A stretch of DNA of 64,000 bases, from NCBI GenBank assembly GCA_035084275.1, contig CM068756.1, positions 14,136,001 through 14,200,000 on the forward strand, written 5' to 3'. Source of the DNA: Hydrolagus colliei. Taxonomy: Eukaryota. Positions 51,030 through 62,906 of the stretch are shown here, one piece after another. The position numbers and the translations under genes are program-made. Positions within the stretch are counted from its first letter, which is position 1, and each line of letters begins with the position of its first letter. The notes under the pieces are model-generated. The model worked only from the letters and a program-made list of their open reading frames with translations, made no database searches and was not told the origin of the DNA.

Positions 51030-52042
51030 TTATGCGGCTCCTGACTCCGTGACAGTGACAGCTTTGTAGTTTCCGACATTTACCTCCGCATACTCTGAAT
51101 TCTTGCCGCCAGGTTTAGCTTTTCCTGTTTTTTTGGAGCGAGGGAAATCCAGATCAGCGTAGGTCAGCTTGTCAGTGGCGGCTCCTCGCTTGGTCTGAAA
51201 ACAACAATGTTTGGGATTGTCTTTTTGTTGGTTCCATGTATAGATTTACATAGAATGGTACGGAAACTGAGCAGCCGCTGTTTATACTTCACATTTCCTC
51301 CATTCTTACTTATTTTCTTCTATAAATCTCTATTCTTTTCTCCTCGTCTCCGCAACAAGGTTTATGTTATATTATTCCAAACTCATCACCCCATGGCCAA
51401 TTGGTGAATGTATTTCAAACTGAGATATGTAACTGTAGATTTAAGGCTCTAGATCTTAGCGATGAGCTGACAGCTGCTTTGGTTGGTGCAGATCAGTTAA
51501 TCCTGGAATTCCCGATTGCTCTATGGGAATTTGAAATCTCAGGATGGCTGGGTCAGTATACACATGATCCTCGTTAATTTATTTGCTGAATTGTTAATTC
51601 ATATCTAAAGATACAATCTTAGAATATTATGGCCCAGAAAGTAAGTTTGCTCATCGGACACGTGCTGTTAATTTGAAAAAATTATGTACAGAGTCCCATT
51701 TACCTGCCTTTTCTCCAACACTCCTTAAAATTCATCTGTTTTTACATATCCCCATTATCTTCAGATGAAGGAATTATGTTGTTTCAACCCAGAAAGGCTG
51801 AAGATATTCAAAAACCAAATGCAGAATACAAATGAGGTATTTGAAGATTGGAGAAGGGGACAAAATCATAACGATCAAACCAATGAAGCCTATTTACCAA
51901 ACCCGTTCAACATTTTTTACATGTTGTTTACCTGGGCGTATACTGTCCTCTCCTCCTGTTGTTTAGTTCTTGGAGTTTTATTGGAACTTTTTAAATCCAA
52001 TGCTACATAAGCCACGTTGTCACCCACTGCTCCCTCCCCCGT
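51030..52042 (-). CDS. Gene 4 ITIM exons (52042-51932 and 51194-51030)
   Basis: Near-identical to the gene 3 ITIM exons; 3 amino-acid differences by hand. Confidence 0.85.
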
Positions 52043-55000
52043 CTGTAAAACAAAGTATAGAGTTAAATGGTTGTTCAGTTTCCTTCCTAGGTCTGTGCTC
52101 TTTGACTATGGTATTGATTAAGTAGGGATTTTAGGGGAAACAACGGCTACTGTTGAGTTCAAATATTAATGGCACATAACATCCAGTAAGTAGATCGAGA
52201 TCTCTCCAGGAGCAGAGAAAATTATGTTTCCAATTGATACTTTGCCATCCACCAAGATGAAAATATGTTGCAGAACTGATTAGATGAATTCAACAAGAAT
52301 TCTCACTTCAAGTATTATCTCTTAAAATATCCTGGGATTAGCCCTGTTGCTAGGCACAGGCCTGACACTGAAGGATTACTCAAAAGGTAAATTACTTGTT
52401 TATTGGAGTAACAATTTAATCCTTTAAAGGGGAATAAATAGGTCTATTTATTCCTATTAAGGAAAGGTTGAAAGCTTTGCGTTCATTGTCCAATTAAACG
52501 TAAACTCTGTCTTCTTGGGGTGGGATGAGATTATTGTCTGTCTTGTCTTAAACTCTGTCTTGTTGGGGTGGGATGGTATGCTGGCGAATGATAATCAGAA
52601 TAACTTGGCGATACACTTCATCATGGTTTATGGGACCATATTATGCGCAAATTGGTTGTAGCAAATAGAGTCGCTACAAAGACAAGGATTAGAAGCATTT
52701 TAAGATGATTGGAATTATAGGATCCACATTGATAATGAGTAAATTGCTCCATTGGTCACCCAAACTCTTTGGTGAAAAACTTATAATAGTAATAATAATC
52801 CTTGCTTTTGATATAGCGCTTTTCACATCTTCTCGGCATCTCAAAGCGCTTACGAATTTTTAAAAACATACCCGTTCTTCAAGATTGCCCGATTGAGTCA
52901 GGTTTCCCTTTGATCCTAAATGTGAATCAAATTTACTGAATTAAATATTTACCCAATTTTAATGTTAACAATAAAATCATGTAATTATCCTACATTTTGG
53001 GATGAGTGAAATCCAAATATTCTCCTGCATTATTTACCCTCCACCTGAATCTGCATGTCACTCATACTTTCTTAAATCCTTAACACTGTGGGACTCTTTC
53101 CGTTGAATATTTAAAAGGTGAAACTTGGCGATGGCTAACCACTATTCCTCAATTCTTAAGAAACTTGGTTGTTTCCTGCAAACTGAGCCTTGGTTTCTCT
53201 CCTGGGACTCTCAATAATAAAAATATATTTTTAATGTACCAATTTCAATGTAATACATTGCTGAATTCCGTTAAACAATAACAAATAACATGTGTAAAGC
53301 GCCTTTCACGTCGGGAGGTTGTTTACTGATAAACATACACCTGGCGCTAATCCCTGCATTTGTTTGAGACCATTCGTCAGTACAGTTACTTACAAATGCA
53401 CATAATTCATCCAATTATAAGGCAGTTGCAATATTGTATATTGAATCAGATTTCTGACATTGGATGTTGGAAAAGGAGCAATTCTGGGAAACTAACATTC
53501 ACCTTGTGAAATTGTTACAGGAATGAATCTGTTGTAATAACTACAAGTAATTGATGTTGTATAATTACAGCGTCACAGAACTCTACTATCATGGAAATAA
53601 GAATCAAGTCACTTTGTCTCTTTGCTAATAACCATTGGTGCTTTCAATGGTTTTATATCAAGGTGTAATGTTTACAATTAATTGCAATGAAATCAGAATT
53701 TTCTTACTGTTTTTCTTCTTTAATTGGCATTGCTTCCCAATTATGATCGAAATCACCAGAAATGCGACCACACCCGCAGCACATCCACCCCATAGTGAAT
53801 AACGGGTTGGATTTTCAATCCCTGGGGAAATAGTATTCACTGAGATGAGACTGTACATTGTGTAGGGGAATGCTTTATAAATTTGGTAGAATAGATATGT
53901 TATGCAAGTCATTTATGATTTATACCTTGCAGTGATTTCGAGTAAGTATTAAGCACGGTAAATGGTTTAAATATGGTCTAATCTTAATCCGTGTTTATTG
54001 AAAGAGGAATAAAAATTAGAAGGAGACCATCATTGAAAACATTTTGATATTGACGTAGGGTTAGACAGGTGTTAGACAGATCAACATTTGTTCTCGCTTA
54101 TTTTTATTATTGCTCTTAAATCGATCACACTGAGGGCGACACACAGAATACACATGAAGCGGAATATCGATCTTCAGAGGAACCCTCACAAAATACAATC
54201 TATAAATTATAGAGTGAGACAACTGGACATAGTGGCATCTGATTGCAGCGATGAAACATGCTGACTAGCTTTGAATAAAAGGAGGAACATGGTGGGATGG
54301 AAAGACATTTGATGTCTTTCCATCCCACCAAACTTCAGCTCAAGACACGTGTCCTGAGCTGAAGTTTTGAAAATCATTCAGTTTTACGATGTGTTGATAA
54401 TATCCACAATCGATAAGTAGATAATATCGGTTTAGTTTTAATGAAATGTTTGATGATTCACATCAAATGTTCCACATTCGAACAGTGTAATATATTTGAT
54501 CAACATCTTGCACAACCCCCTCATCACTAATCTCAACACATTTGTCTCCTATCAACTCTGGCATCGCTTCCTATCCCCACAGGTCTCCCGGGAGAGCAAG
54601 TCACATTCCATCCCTCAAGTCACGGGCAGGAGCTGCTGAACATTGACTGTTCCTCGGGTCTCTATCCTCAGCCTCTGCCCTTCACTATCTAGATGTTCCC
54701 ACTTGGCGACAAATCACTTCAGAGGATTCAATGAAATGCGTTGTACAAATACAACTTTGTTGTTGATGTTGTTTACGAATCAATGCGGCTAAACATCCCT
54801 ATGAGAATTGAATTAACAACAGTTGGGTTTTTAAAACTCTTTTAGAATCTTACCTGCTTTAGGTTTTGAGATGGTGTAGGTGGCAATAGCTGAATTCTTG
54901 AGGGTGATGTGAGACACCAGACAGGTATAAACAGATACGCTCTGGACAGACTGTGTGTCTTCAATAGAGCTAGAGACCATATAGAGTTCCCATGAGTCCT

Positions 55001-56126
55001 GCTTTTCTTTGGTTACTGTCTCTTCCACCTTTATTCCTGATGTTGGTGTAATTTTGTTCTCATCTTTATACCATATGAGGGTGAAATCCTTTGGGTAAAA
55101 TGCGGTAGTTTCACACACAATTGTCCGATGCTTAGTTGAATTCCTAGAGAAGATCCTCAGTGGAGTTGGGGGAACTGTAGAACAGATAATGGAGGAAAAT
55201 CATATTAATTTTGATGAATCAGCGGGAGAAACTTTATTTTAATTCTTTTGTTTGCAATCTCCCGATTCCTGAGTGCAAATGGAGGTTTATTTAGATTCAC
55301 AAATATCCCTCTCACAGCAGCAGAAGCTTCCTCCTGCTGTAATTACCCTTCGGTTTTTATCAATTAATGTTGATGCGTAATCGTTGTCTTACATATTATT
55401 ACTATTATTGTTATTGTGACTAAGATTATCAGGCGGAATTGATCACTGTGAACTCTCGATCAGAGGAGACACAGGATTCCTGACAGGTGTGAGAACACTG
55501 TCAGGATATGGGATCAAACTTGACATTGGGACTAGGAATTCACACAGTTGATGTGGAAACATTTGCTGCAATGCACACTCACCCTGCACAGTTAAACGTG
55601 ATCCAGGTCCTGTTCCAATTACTGATCCCTGACGGATCACTGAGCAGCGATAGACTCCAGAGTCCTGGAAACTCACATTCAGGAACTGGAAGAAGCCGCT
55701 TCCTTTGCCTATCACACCAAATGTTTTCCTGCTGTCCGCCTGTGTGTCCAAGTAGCCGTCCTCACCCTCCTTCTCCCACTTCACCTCCTGTCCTGAACCG
55801 TGTTGAGAGGAGGGAAACATACAGAGGAGAGTCACGTTCATCCCTCCGATGAGCGTCACACGTTCGGGGCTTTGATATACTTTCACTGAAGAATCATCAG
55901 CAACTGTCAGAGAATAGAGTCAAACACTGATTTCACAGATAATACGCCGTGGACAAAGCAAGCGAGTAAAGAGAGTAAAAATTGAGTTAGTATACTGTAT
56001 ATGATAATAACACATGGAAACAGGCTTGTAGATATTTCATAGAAGAAATGAGTTATATAATAATGATAAAATACCTGTTGAAATAATATGTAAGACAGAC
56101 AGGTACAGAAACACAACACTCCCCAT
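51030..56126 (-). CDS. Gene 4: paralog of gene 3, VJ-C1-TM inhibitory receptor, 375 aa (exons 56126-56075, 55903-55583, 55174-54854, 53821-53708, 52915-52872, 52042-51932, 51194-51030)
   Basis: Same seven exon lengths and splice sites as gene 3, with an open frame. Tail motifs VAYVAL, TVYAQ, LTYADL, SEYAEV. Confidence 0.88.
53708..53821 (-). CDS. Gene 4 TM exon
   Basis: GIENPTRYSLWGGCAAGVVAFLVISIIIGKQCQLKKKN, 114 nt. Confidence 0.9.
54854..55174 (-). CDS. Gene 4 C1-set exon
   Basis: ORF 54831-55118. CETTAFYPKDFTLIWYK...YTCLVSH. Confidence 0.92.
55583..55903 (-). CDS. Gene 4 V-set (VJ-type) exon
   Basis: ORF 55443-55886. NVTLLCMFP, VKWEK, DSGVYRC, GTGPGSRLTV; |gtgagt. Confidence 0.92.
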
Positions 56127-56412
56127 GTCTGACTCTGGCTCTGATGAGCTGCAACACATGCATGTGGTATATTTGATATAGAGTAGGCAGCTGTGACACT
56201 GACTTCCTGTTTCGTTGGGTTCATAAAATGTGGCTGGTGTGGTTGTTGTGATTTGAAATCCACTTCTACAATAAATTGTGAAATACTAACTCTTCCTATG
56301 AATAGCAGAGAAAGGTTAAACAAATATCTAATCATAAAACAATAGCTTTCAGCTTCAATATCGAGTCAGTGGTGCTTTCTCCAATCGGAAATGTTGTTTT
56401 AAGCATCACCTC

Positions 56413-56723
56413 TTGTAGCTCAGTGGTTAGAGCACACATCGTACAAGTGTGAGACCGGTGTTCAAATCCAGGCAGTTCAGGGCAAAACCTTGGGCAAGCT
56501 TCCTTACTTCACACGCCTAATAATAATCTGTCCAAAACAAACACTATAACAAATATTGGTCATTGTCAATCCACGACTGTTTGTGAGACACTGCTGTGTG
56601 CAATTGACTGCTGCGTTTCGCCCACAATTATTGAGTCATTTCACTTTACAGTATATTCTGTGAAGCGCTTTTAGATGTCGATAAAATGTGAGAAATGCTA
56701 CATGAAATGCAAGGATTATTATT
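56413..56723 (+). mobile_element. Full-length copy of the same SINE in the gene 4 5' flank
   Basis: The paralogous copy at 42058-42300 lacks most of the head. Confidence 0.82.
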
Positions 56724-57443
56724 GTAACTCTGCCAGTGAATGTTTTGAGCTTGTGTGTTTCCCACACTTGCAGTCATTAGTGTGGGAAACAAGCTATTCT
56801 GTTGGATTTTTCTGCTGCTGGTTCTCTCTGTCCCCCATTGATAGAAATGCACCTTTCTCTCTAAAGCGCACGCCCACCTTCTATGATACCAAATTACCAT
56901 CCCATCTAAACATTATCCTTCGTATCCAACTTGCTGGCCACTCAACATTGCTCCCATCTGTTTCTCCACTAAGCCTTAGAAATCCAGTTTCTACTCATCC
57001 TGGTGAGTAGAAACTGAATTCTTCCTGTGTTACACCCACAAATGTATAGTCAATTAATTTTACTGTATATTCTGTGAAGCGGTTTGAGACTCTCTCTTGG
57101 TGATTCTATCCACAGTCAAGCAATTAACTTTCACCTTGACATGAATGAAAGACAACTCAACCCCTCTGTTTATTCAGGATCTACTGGTGCAACATCCATT
57201 TCCGCATCAAGACCTAGATAACCCCAGACTTCCTATAAATTACTATTGATCAATCCCATCCTCCTTGTCTTCTGCAAATATTTCCTTTCTCCTAGAATAT
57301 ATTTACAAATATATAAAGAGGAAAAGGCTAGCGAGGGTGAACGTGGGTCCATTACAGGCAGAGACCGGAGGAATTAGAATAGGGGACAAAGACATGGCAG
57401 AGTCATTAAACAAGTATTTTTCTACAGTCTTCACCATAGAAGA

Positions 57444-60400
57444 TGAGGCTGAACTAAATTGCGGCCCATTGTCAGAGGCATTGTCAGAACTACGTTCTGA
57501 TGTTTGCCTGGAACGTACTGGACTGTTGGACTAAATCTCATCAGACGAAGGCGGAATCGCAGTATGCGTGGAGGCATCATATCGAGTTCCTTCATCTGCA
57601 GAAGGGACACAAGTGGTTTGTGATCTGTCTCAAGGATGAAGTGTAGTCCTAGTACATAGTCAGAGAACTTCTCACAAGCCCAGGTTGCAACTAGTGCTTC
57701 TTTTTCGGTTACTGCATATCGCTTCTCTGTGTCACTGAGAGAACGTGATGCATAGTAGATTGGATGGCGTTTTCCATCGTCTTGGATCTGAAGAAGAACG
57801 GCACCAATGCTAGATGCTGAAGCGTCAGTGGCAACGAAGGTTGGACGTTTTGGGTCATAGTGAGCGAGAACTACAGATGAAAGTAGCAAATCTTTCACGT
57901 TTTGAAATTAACTCTGCTGTGCGTTACCCCAATACCAAGCTGTCTCTTTCCGTAGCAGCTGGCGTAATGGCTCGTTGATCTCCGCCAACCTAGGTACAAA
58001 CTTCCCAAGTTGGTTGACCATTCCCATGAATCTCTGGAGCTCAGTGATGTTTGTTGGGACTGGATACTCTGCAATGGCTGTCGTCTTGCGTTGATCAGCG
58101 TGTAGGCTTTTTCTTCAAACCCCCGCACAGTTTCCCACGGCGTCCCTCAGGGCTCTGTCCTCGGTCCTCTTCTTTTCACCCTTCACACGCTCCCCCTGGG
58201 CGACGTCATCCGCAGACATGGGGTAAATTTCCACATGTATGCGGATGACACCCAGTTGTACCTTTCTGCCTCATCCCTCAACCCCCAGACGATCGATGTT
58301 CTGACAGCATGTCTGTCCGACATCGAATCGTGGACGAGGGACAACTTTTTGCAATTGAACGTGAATAAGACCGAGGCCCTCCTGATTGGCTCAAGCCAGC
58401 GCCTCCGCACATCGGGCGCTGCCAGCCTCAACATCCAAGGCTGCACTCTCCACCTCACAAAGCCAATCAGGAACCTCGGCATCATGTTCGATCAAAAACT
58501 TTCCTTCCTCCCCCACATCCGCGCCTTGACCGGCACCGCCTATTTCCATCTGCGCAACATTGCCAGGCTCCGCAACTATCTTACCCCCCGCGCTGCCGAA
58601 ACACTTGTGCACGCGTACATCACCTCACGGCTGGATTACGGAAATTCTCTCCTAATCGGCCTCCCCAGTTCCTCCATTCATAGGCTGCAGGCCATCCAAA
58701 ACTCTGCAGCCCGTGTACTATCCCGCACCCGCCTCCGTGACCACATAACCCCCACCCTCGCCCGTCTCCACTGGCTCCCCATCCTCCAGAGGATCGAATT
58801 TAAGATCCTCGTCCTCACCTACAAGGCCTTGCACGGCCTTGCCCCATCCTACCTAACCGATCTACTCTCCCCCTACACGCCCACCCGGACCCTCCGTTCA
58901 ACAGGACTTGGCCTGCTCCAAGCCCCCCGCCCGAACCGCCCCACCATCGGAGGCCGGGCCTTCAGTTTCTCCGCTCCCACCTTATGGAATGCCATCCCTC
59001 AATCCCTCCGTTTCGCCTCTTCCCTTTCCTCTTTCAAGGCCGATTTGAAGACTTTCCTCTTCGATCGTGCCTTTTGTTCCACCCCGAACTCTTTTACCTC
59101 CCCTTCGTGTTTCACCCCTTCCCAAACACTCCCCTCCCAGCTCGGGTCACACGCCTCTTGTTTAGCGCCTTGGGACGTCCTCCCGACATGAAAGGCGCTA
59201 TATAAATGTAAATTGTTGTTGTTGTTGTTGTTGCTGCGTCTGTCACATGACCTAAGAATTTGATGGAGCCCTTGGAGAATTCACATTTGTCATTGAGTGT
59301 GAGCCCAGCTTCGAGTAGTCGCTGCAAGACTGCTCTCACACGTTGGTTGTGTTCAACTTGTGTGGTACCGTGAATGAGAATGTCATCCATATGGCAAATG
59401 ACACCATCGAGGCCAACGAGGATACCAGACATGGTTCGTTGGAAAATCTCTAATGCAGAACTAATGCCGAATGGTAGCAGGTTGAAGCAGTAACGACCTG
59501 AAGGTGTGATGAATGTAGTCAGACGTTTTGAATCTTCATGAAGCGGTATCTGCCAAAATCCACTCTTTGCGTCTAGCTTGGAGAAGATTTTACTTTTCCC
59601 ATGCTTAGCCAAGCTCTCGTCGACTGAGGACATAGGGTGAATCTCATGTTGTACACTCTTGTTGAGTTGAGTGAGGTCAACACAGATGCGATAGGAACCG
59701 TTTGATTTGGGCACAGTTACCATACCTGAGCACCATGTTGTTGGCATATTGACTGGCGAAATGACACCCTGTCGAAGCATGGACTGAATCTCCTTTTCCA
59801 CTTGTGGTAGTAGTGCGTGAGGCACTTTTCTCGGTGTGCACAAGCATACTGGCTTGGCGTCAGGGCACAGCGTTATGTGGTACGGTCTCTGAAGTTTTCC
59901 CAGGCCAGCGAACAATCCAGGATATTCTGCTTTGAAGTTGGGAGTTGGATTCTGCTTCACTTCATTTACTCTTGCGATGAGGCCAAGATCGACGCATGCT
60001 CGTTTACTGAGTAGCGAACATCTCTGGTTTTGAATTACGTAGAGTCGCTCAGTTATCTCCCTCTGGAGGTACTGCAGTTTAGCAATCAGCATTCCCTTCA
60101 CTGGTAGTGGGATGCCACCTGGACCACGGAAGGACTGATTGGTCTCTTTGAGTTGTACATCGGCTAGCCAGGGTTCTGTGTCACTGATGACAGAAACGGT
60201 TGCACCTGTGTCTAACTTGAAGCAGGTGCGATGTCCATCAACTGAGATGCAAGCACTCCAAAAGTCATCCTGTCGTGAGTCTTGAACTTCATGCACTTTT
60301 GTGTTTCTGCGTTTGGATGCAGCGCTGCGGCAAACTGCCTGGAAATGACCTTTCTGTTGGCAATTGTTGCATATGGCATCTTTTGCAGGACATTGTTGAC

Positions 60401-61275
60401 GTGAATGGCGTTGTCTGCCACACCATTGACAATTATCCATCTTGGAATCTCGTGTTTGCTGCATTTGTTTGCTCGACTTTAAGCTGTTGTCGTTGGATGG
60501 AGTTTTGCGTTTAGTGACATCATCAATGCTAGTGGACCAGATGTCACCACGGACAATGTCTCGGCTGTTATATCTTGCCTCTGACTGACGGCATTTATGG
60601 ACCGCTTTGTCAAGCGTGAGGTCCAGTTGGGCCTGCAGAGAGTCTGACAATTTTTCATCCAGCACTCCAACAACAATTCTGTCTCTGATTAAGCTGTCCT
60701 TGAGCTCGCCGTATTGACAGTTATCTGCTAGTCTAAACAAATCTTGTATAAAAACATCAATGGATTCGCCTGGCATTTGTTTTCGCCTGTTAAACCGAAC
60801 CCTCTCCACGATCACATTTTGTCTGCCTTCATAATGTTCAGTTAGTGCTTCTATAACTTCATCATATGTTGCAGTTTTCTCATCTATTCTGAGAGTGATT
60901 ATAATGTTATCGGCGCAATCTCCCATGGAAAATAGGAGTGTGCTCACCTGTTTTATGTCTTCTTTTTCATTGAGACCTGAGGCAATGCGATAACGTTCAA
61001 AATGATTGATCCATTTAAGCCACAATTCACATTGGTCTGGTCCATTTCCACCCTCAAACTTGCTTGGCAAATTAATCTGGGTCGACAGATGTGTAGCCAT
61101 GTTGTGGGTTTAACTTTCGGACCGCTGCCACCATGTTATATTCGAGATATAAAAGAGAGACCATGGAGAGATCGGCTTTCATGTAAGACGGCTTGATTAA
61201 GAAGAGACCACAAGCATGCAATTCCATGTGCTACCACAGTGGTCACCAGAAGGTGCTATAACCGATACATCTACA
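57444..61275 (-). mobile_element. Truncated Ty3/Gypsy LTR retrotransposon (5' LTR 61275-61134, PBS 61133-61121, gag-pro-RT ORF from 61100, RNase H 58107-57500, integrase remnant)
   Basis: ORF 59112-61100: CCHC knuckles, DTGA protease, LPFG/CHMDD RT. ORF 57431-57898: TDAS...YASRSL...ETDHKPL RNase H. SDNGPQF integrase motif near 57450-57480. LTR runs TG...CA followed by TGGTGGCAGCGGT. Confidence 0.92.
58108..59233 (+). mobile_element. L2 LINE 3' part (RT C-terminus, open for 318 aa) inserted into the Gypsy RT
   Basis: ORF 58235-59191 YADDTQLY...RLDYGNSLL...LHWLP; (TTG)n tail. Gypsy codons D-A-G-L-H are split at the junctions. Confidence 0.93.
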
Positions 61276-62906
61276 TTTAAGGGCATAGTGATTAGCATAA
61301 TCCTACACCTTGAAGACCATAAAAAGATTAGGCAGAGTCAACATGGCTTTACAAAAGGGAAGTCATGCTTGACTAATCTTTTAGAATTTTTTGAGGATGT
61401 ATCCAGCAGGTTGGATAAGGGGGAACCAGTAGATGTGGTATATTTGGATTTTAGGAAGGCATTTGACAAGGTGCCACACAAAAGGCTGTTACTCAAGATT
61501 AAGGCCCACGGGATTAATGGGAAAATATTAACATGGATAGAAGAGTGGCTATCGGGTAGAAAGCAGAGTGTAGCGATAAATGGATCATTCTCAAATTGGC
61601 AGGATGTAACTAGTGGAGTGCCACAAGGATCAGAGCTTGATCCTCAGCTATTTACTATTTACATCAATGATCTAGATGAGAACATTGAATGTAACGTGTC
61701 TAAATTCGCGGATGACACTAAACTAGGTAGCAGAGTGAGCTCTGAGGATGATGCAAAAAGATTGCAACAAGATATAGATAGGCTAGGGGAGTGGGCAAGT
61801 AGGTTGCAGATGGAATTCAATGTTAGCAAGTGTGAAATTATTCACCTTGGTAGCAAGAATAAAAGAATAGATTATTTTCTAGAGGGGGAAAAGTTAGATA
61901 GTGTTAGTATTCAAAGGGATTTGGGTGTCCTTGTACACCAGTCCCAAAAAGTTAGTTTGCAGCATTCATTTCAAAAGGTTTAGAGTACAAGAGTAGGGAA
62001 GTCTTGCTGCAACTGTATAGGGCTCTGGTGATACCGCACCTAGAGTATTGTGTGCAGTTTTGGTCTCCTTATTTAAAAAAGGACATACTTGCCTTAGAGG
62101 GGGTGCAGCGTACATTCACTAGGTTAGTTCCTGGGATGAGGGGACTGCAAACTAGGGCTGTATTCTCTAGAGTACAGAAGAATTAGGGGGGATCTTATTG
62201 AAACACATAAGATTCTTAAAGGGCTGGATAAAGTAGGCACTGAGGGACTGCTTCCCTGGTAGGAGAATCTATATCCAGGGGTCACAGTCTTAAAATTAAG
62301 GGTCAGCCTTTTAGAACAGAGTTGAGGAAACATTTCTTCACTCAAGGGTAGTGAATTTATGGAATTCACTACCCCAGAAGGCTGTAGATGCTCAGTCCTT
62401 GAACATTTTAAGGCTGAGACTGATAGATTTTTGAAAAATAGAGTGATTAGGGGATATGGGGATAGGGCAGGTAATCAGAGTTAGGTGAGAAGATCAGCCA
62501 TGATCTTGTTAAATGGCAGAGCAGGCTCGATGGGCCAAATGGCCTCCTCCTGCTCCTAATTCTTATGTTCTTATGTTCTTATACTGTAAAGTGAATTGAC
62601 TATATATGTGGATGAAACGCGGCAGCCAATTGCGCAACATCAACTGTCCTCACAAACAGTCATGGATTGAAATGACTATTTTATTATTTTGAGGGATCAT
62701 GATTATTAGGCATGTGTAGCAAGGAAACTTGGCCATGGTTTCACCCTATACAGTATATGCAGCATTTTTGCACTACTCGTATAAAGTATCAACTATATTA
62801 GGCAACTCAGAACAAAAACTTGTTCATTATGAAAAAAAATTCTTAGTGCAGGAAGAGGGAAAACACAACATCTAAAACAGAAAAATAAATGCTACTTGAT
62901 ATGTGA

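Larger units (their letters stand above)
57301..62580 (+). mobile_element. 5'-truncated CR1 LINE (57301-57443 and 61276-62580) interrupted by the Gypsy element
   Basis: ORF 57265: YKYIKRKR...LNKYFSTVFT. ORF 61216: QHGFTKGKSCLTNLLEF...YLDFRKAFDKVPH...FADDTKL. (TTCTTATG)n tail to 62580. Empty site gaatatactg at about 43045. Confidence 0.92.

Noticed and set aside
7779-53821. Activating receptor among the four genes
   Set aside because: None of the four TM segments contains a central Lys or Arg for DAP12/FcR-gamma/CD3-zeta pairing, and I found no ITAM.
3635-55903. Rearranging TCR/Ig/IgNAR locus with RSS
   Set aside because: V and J-like strands are in one exon ending in a GT donor. The scattered CACAGTG/CACTGTG heptamers I saw (e.g. 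about 26028, 34761, 38063, 61236) have no spaced nonamer and are not at V ends.
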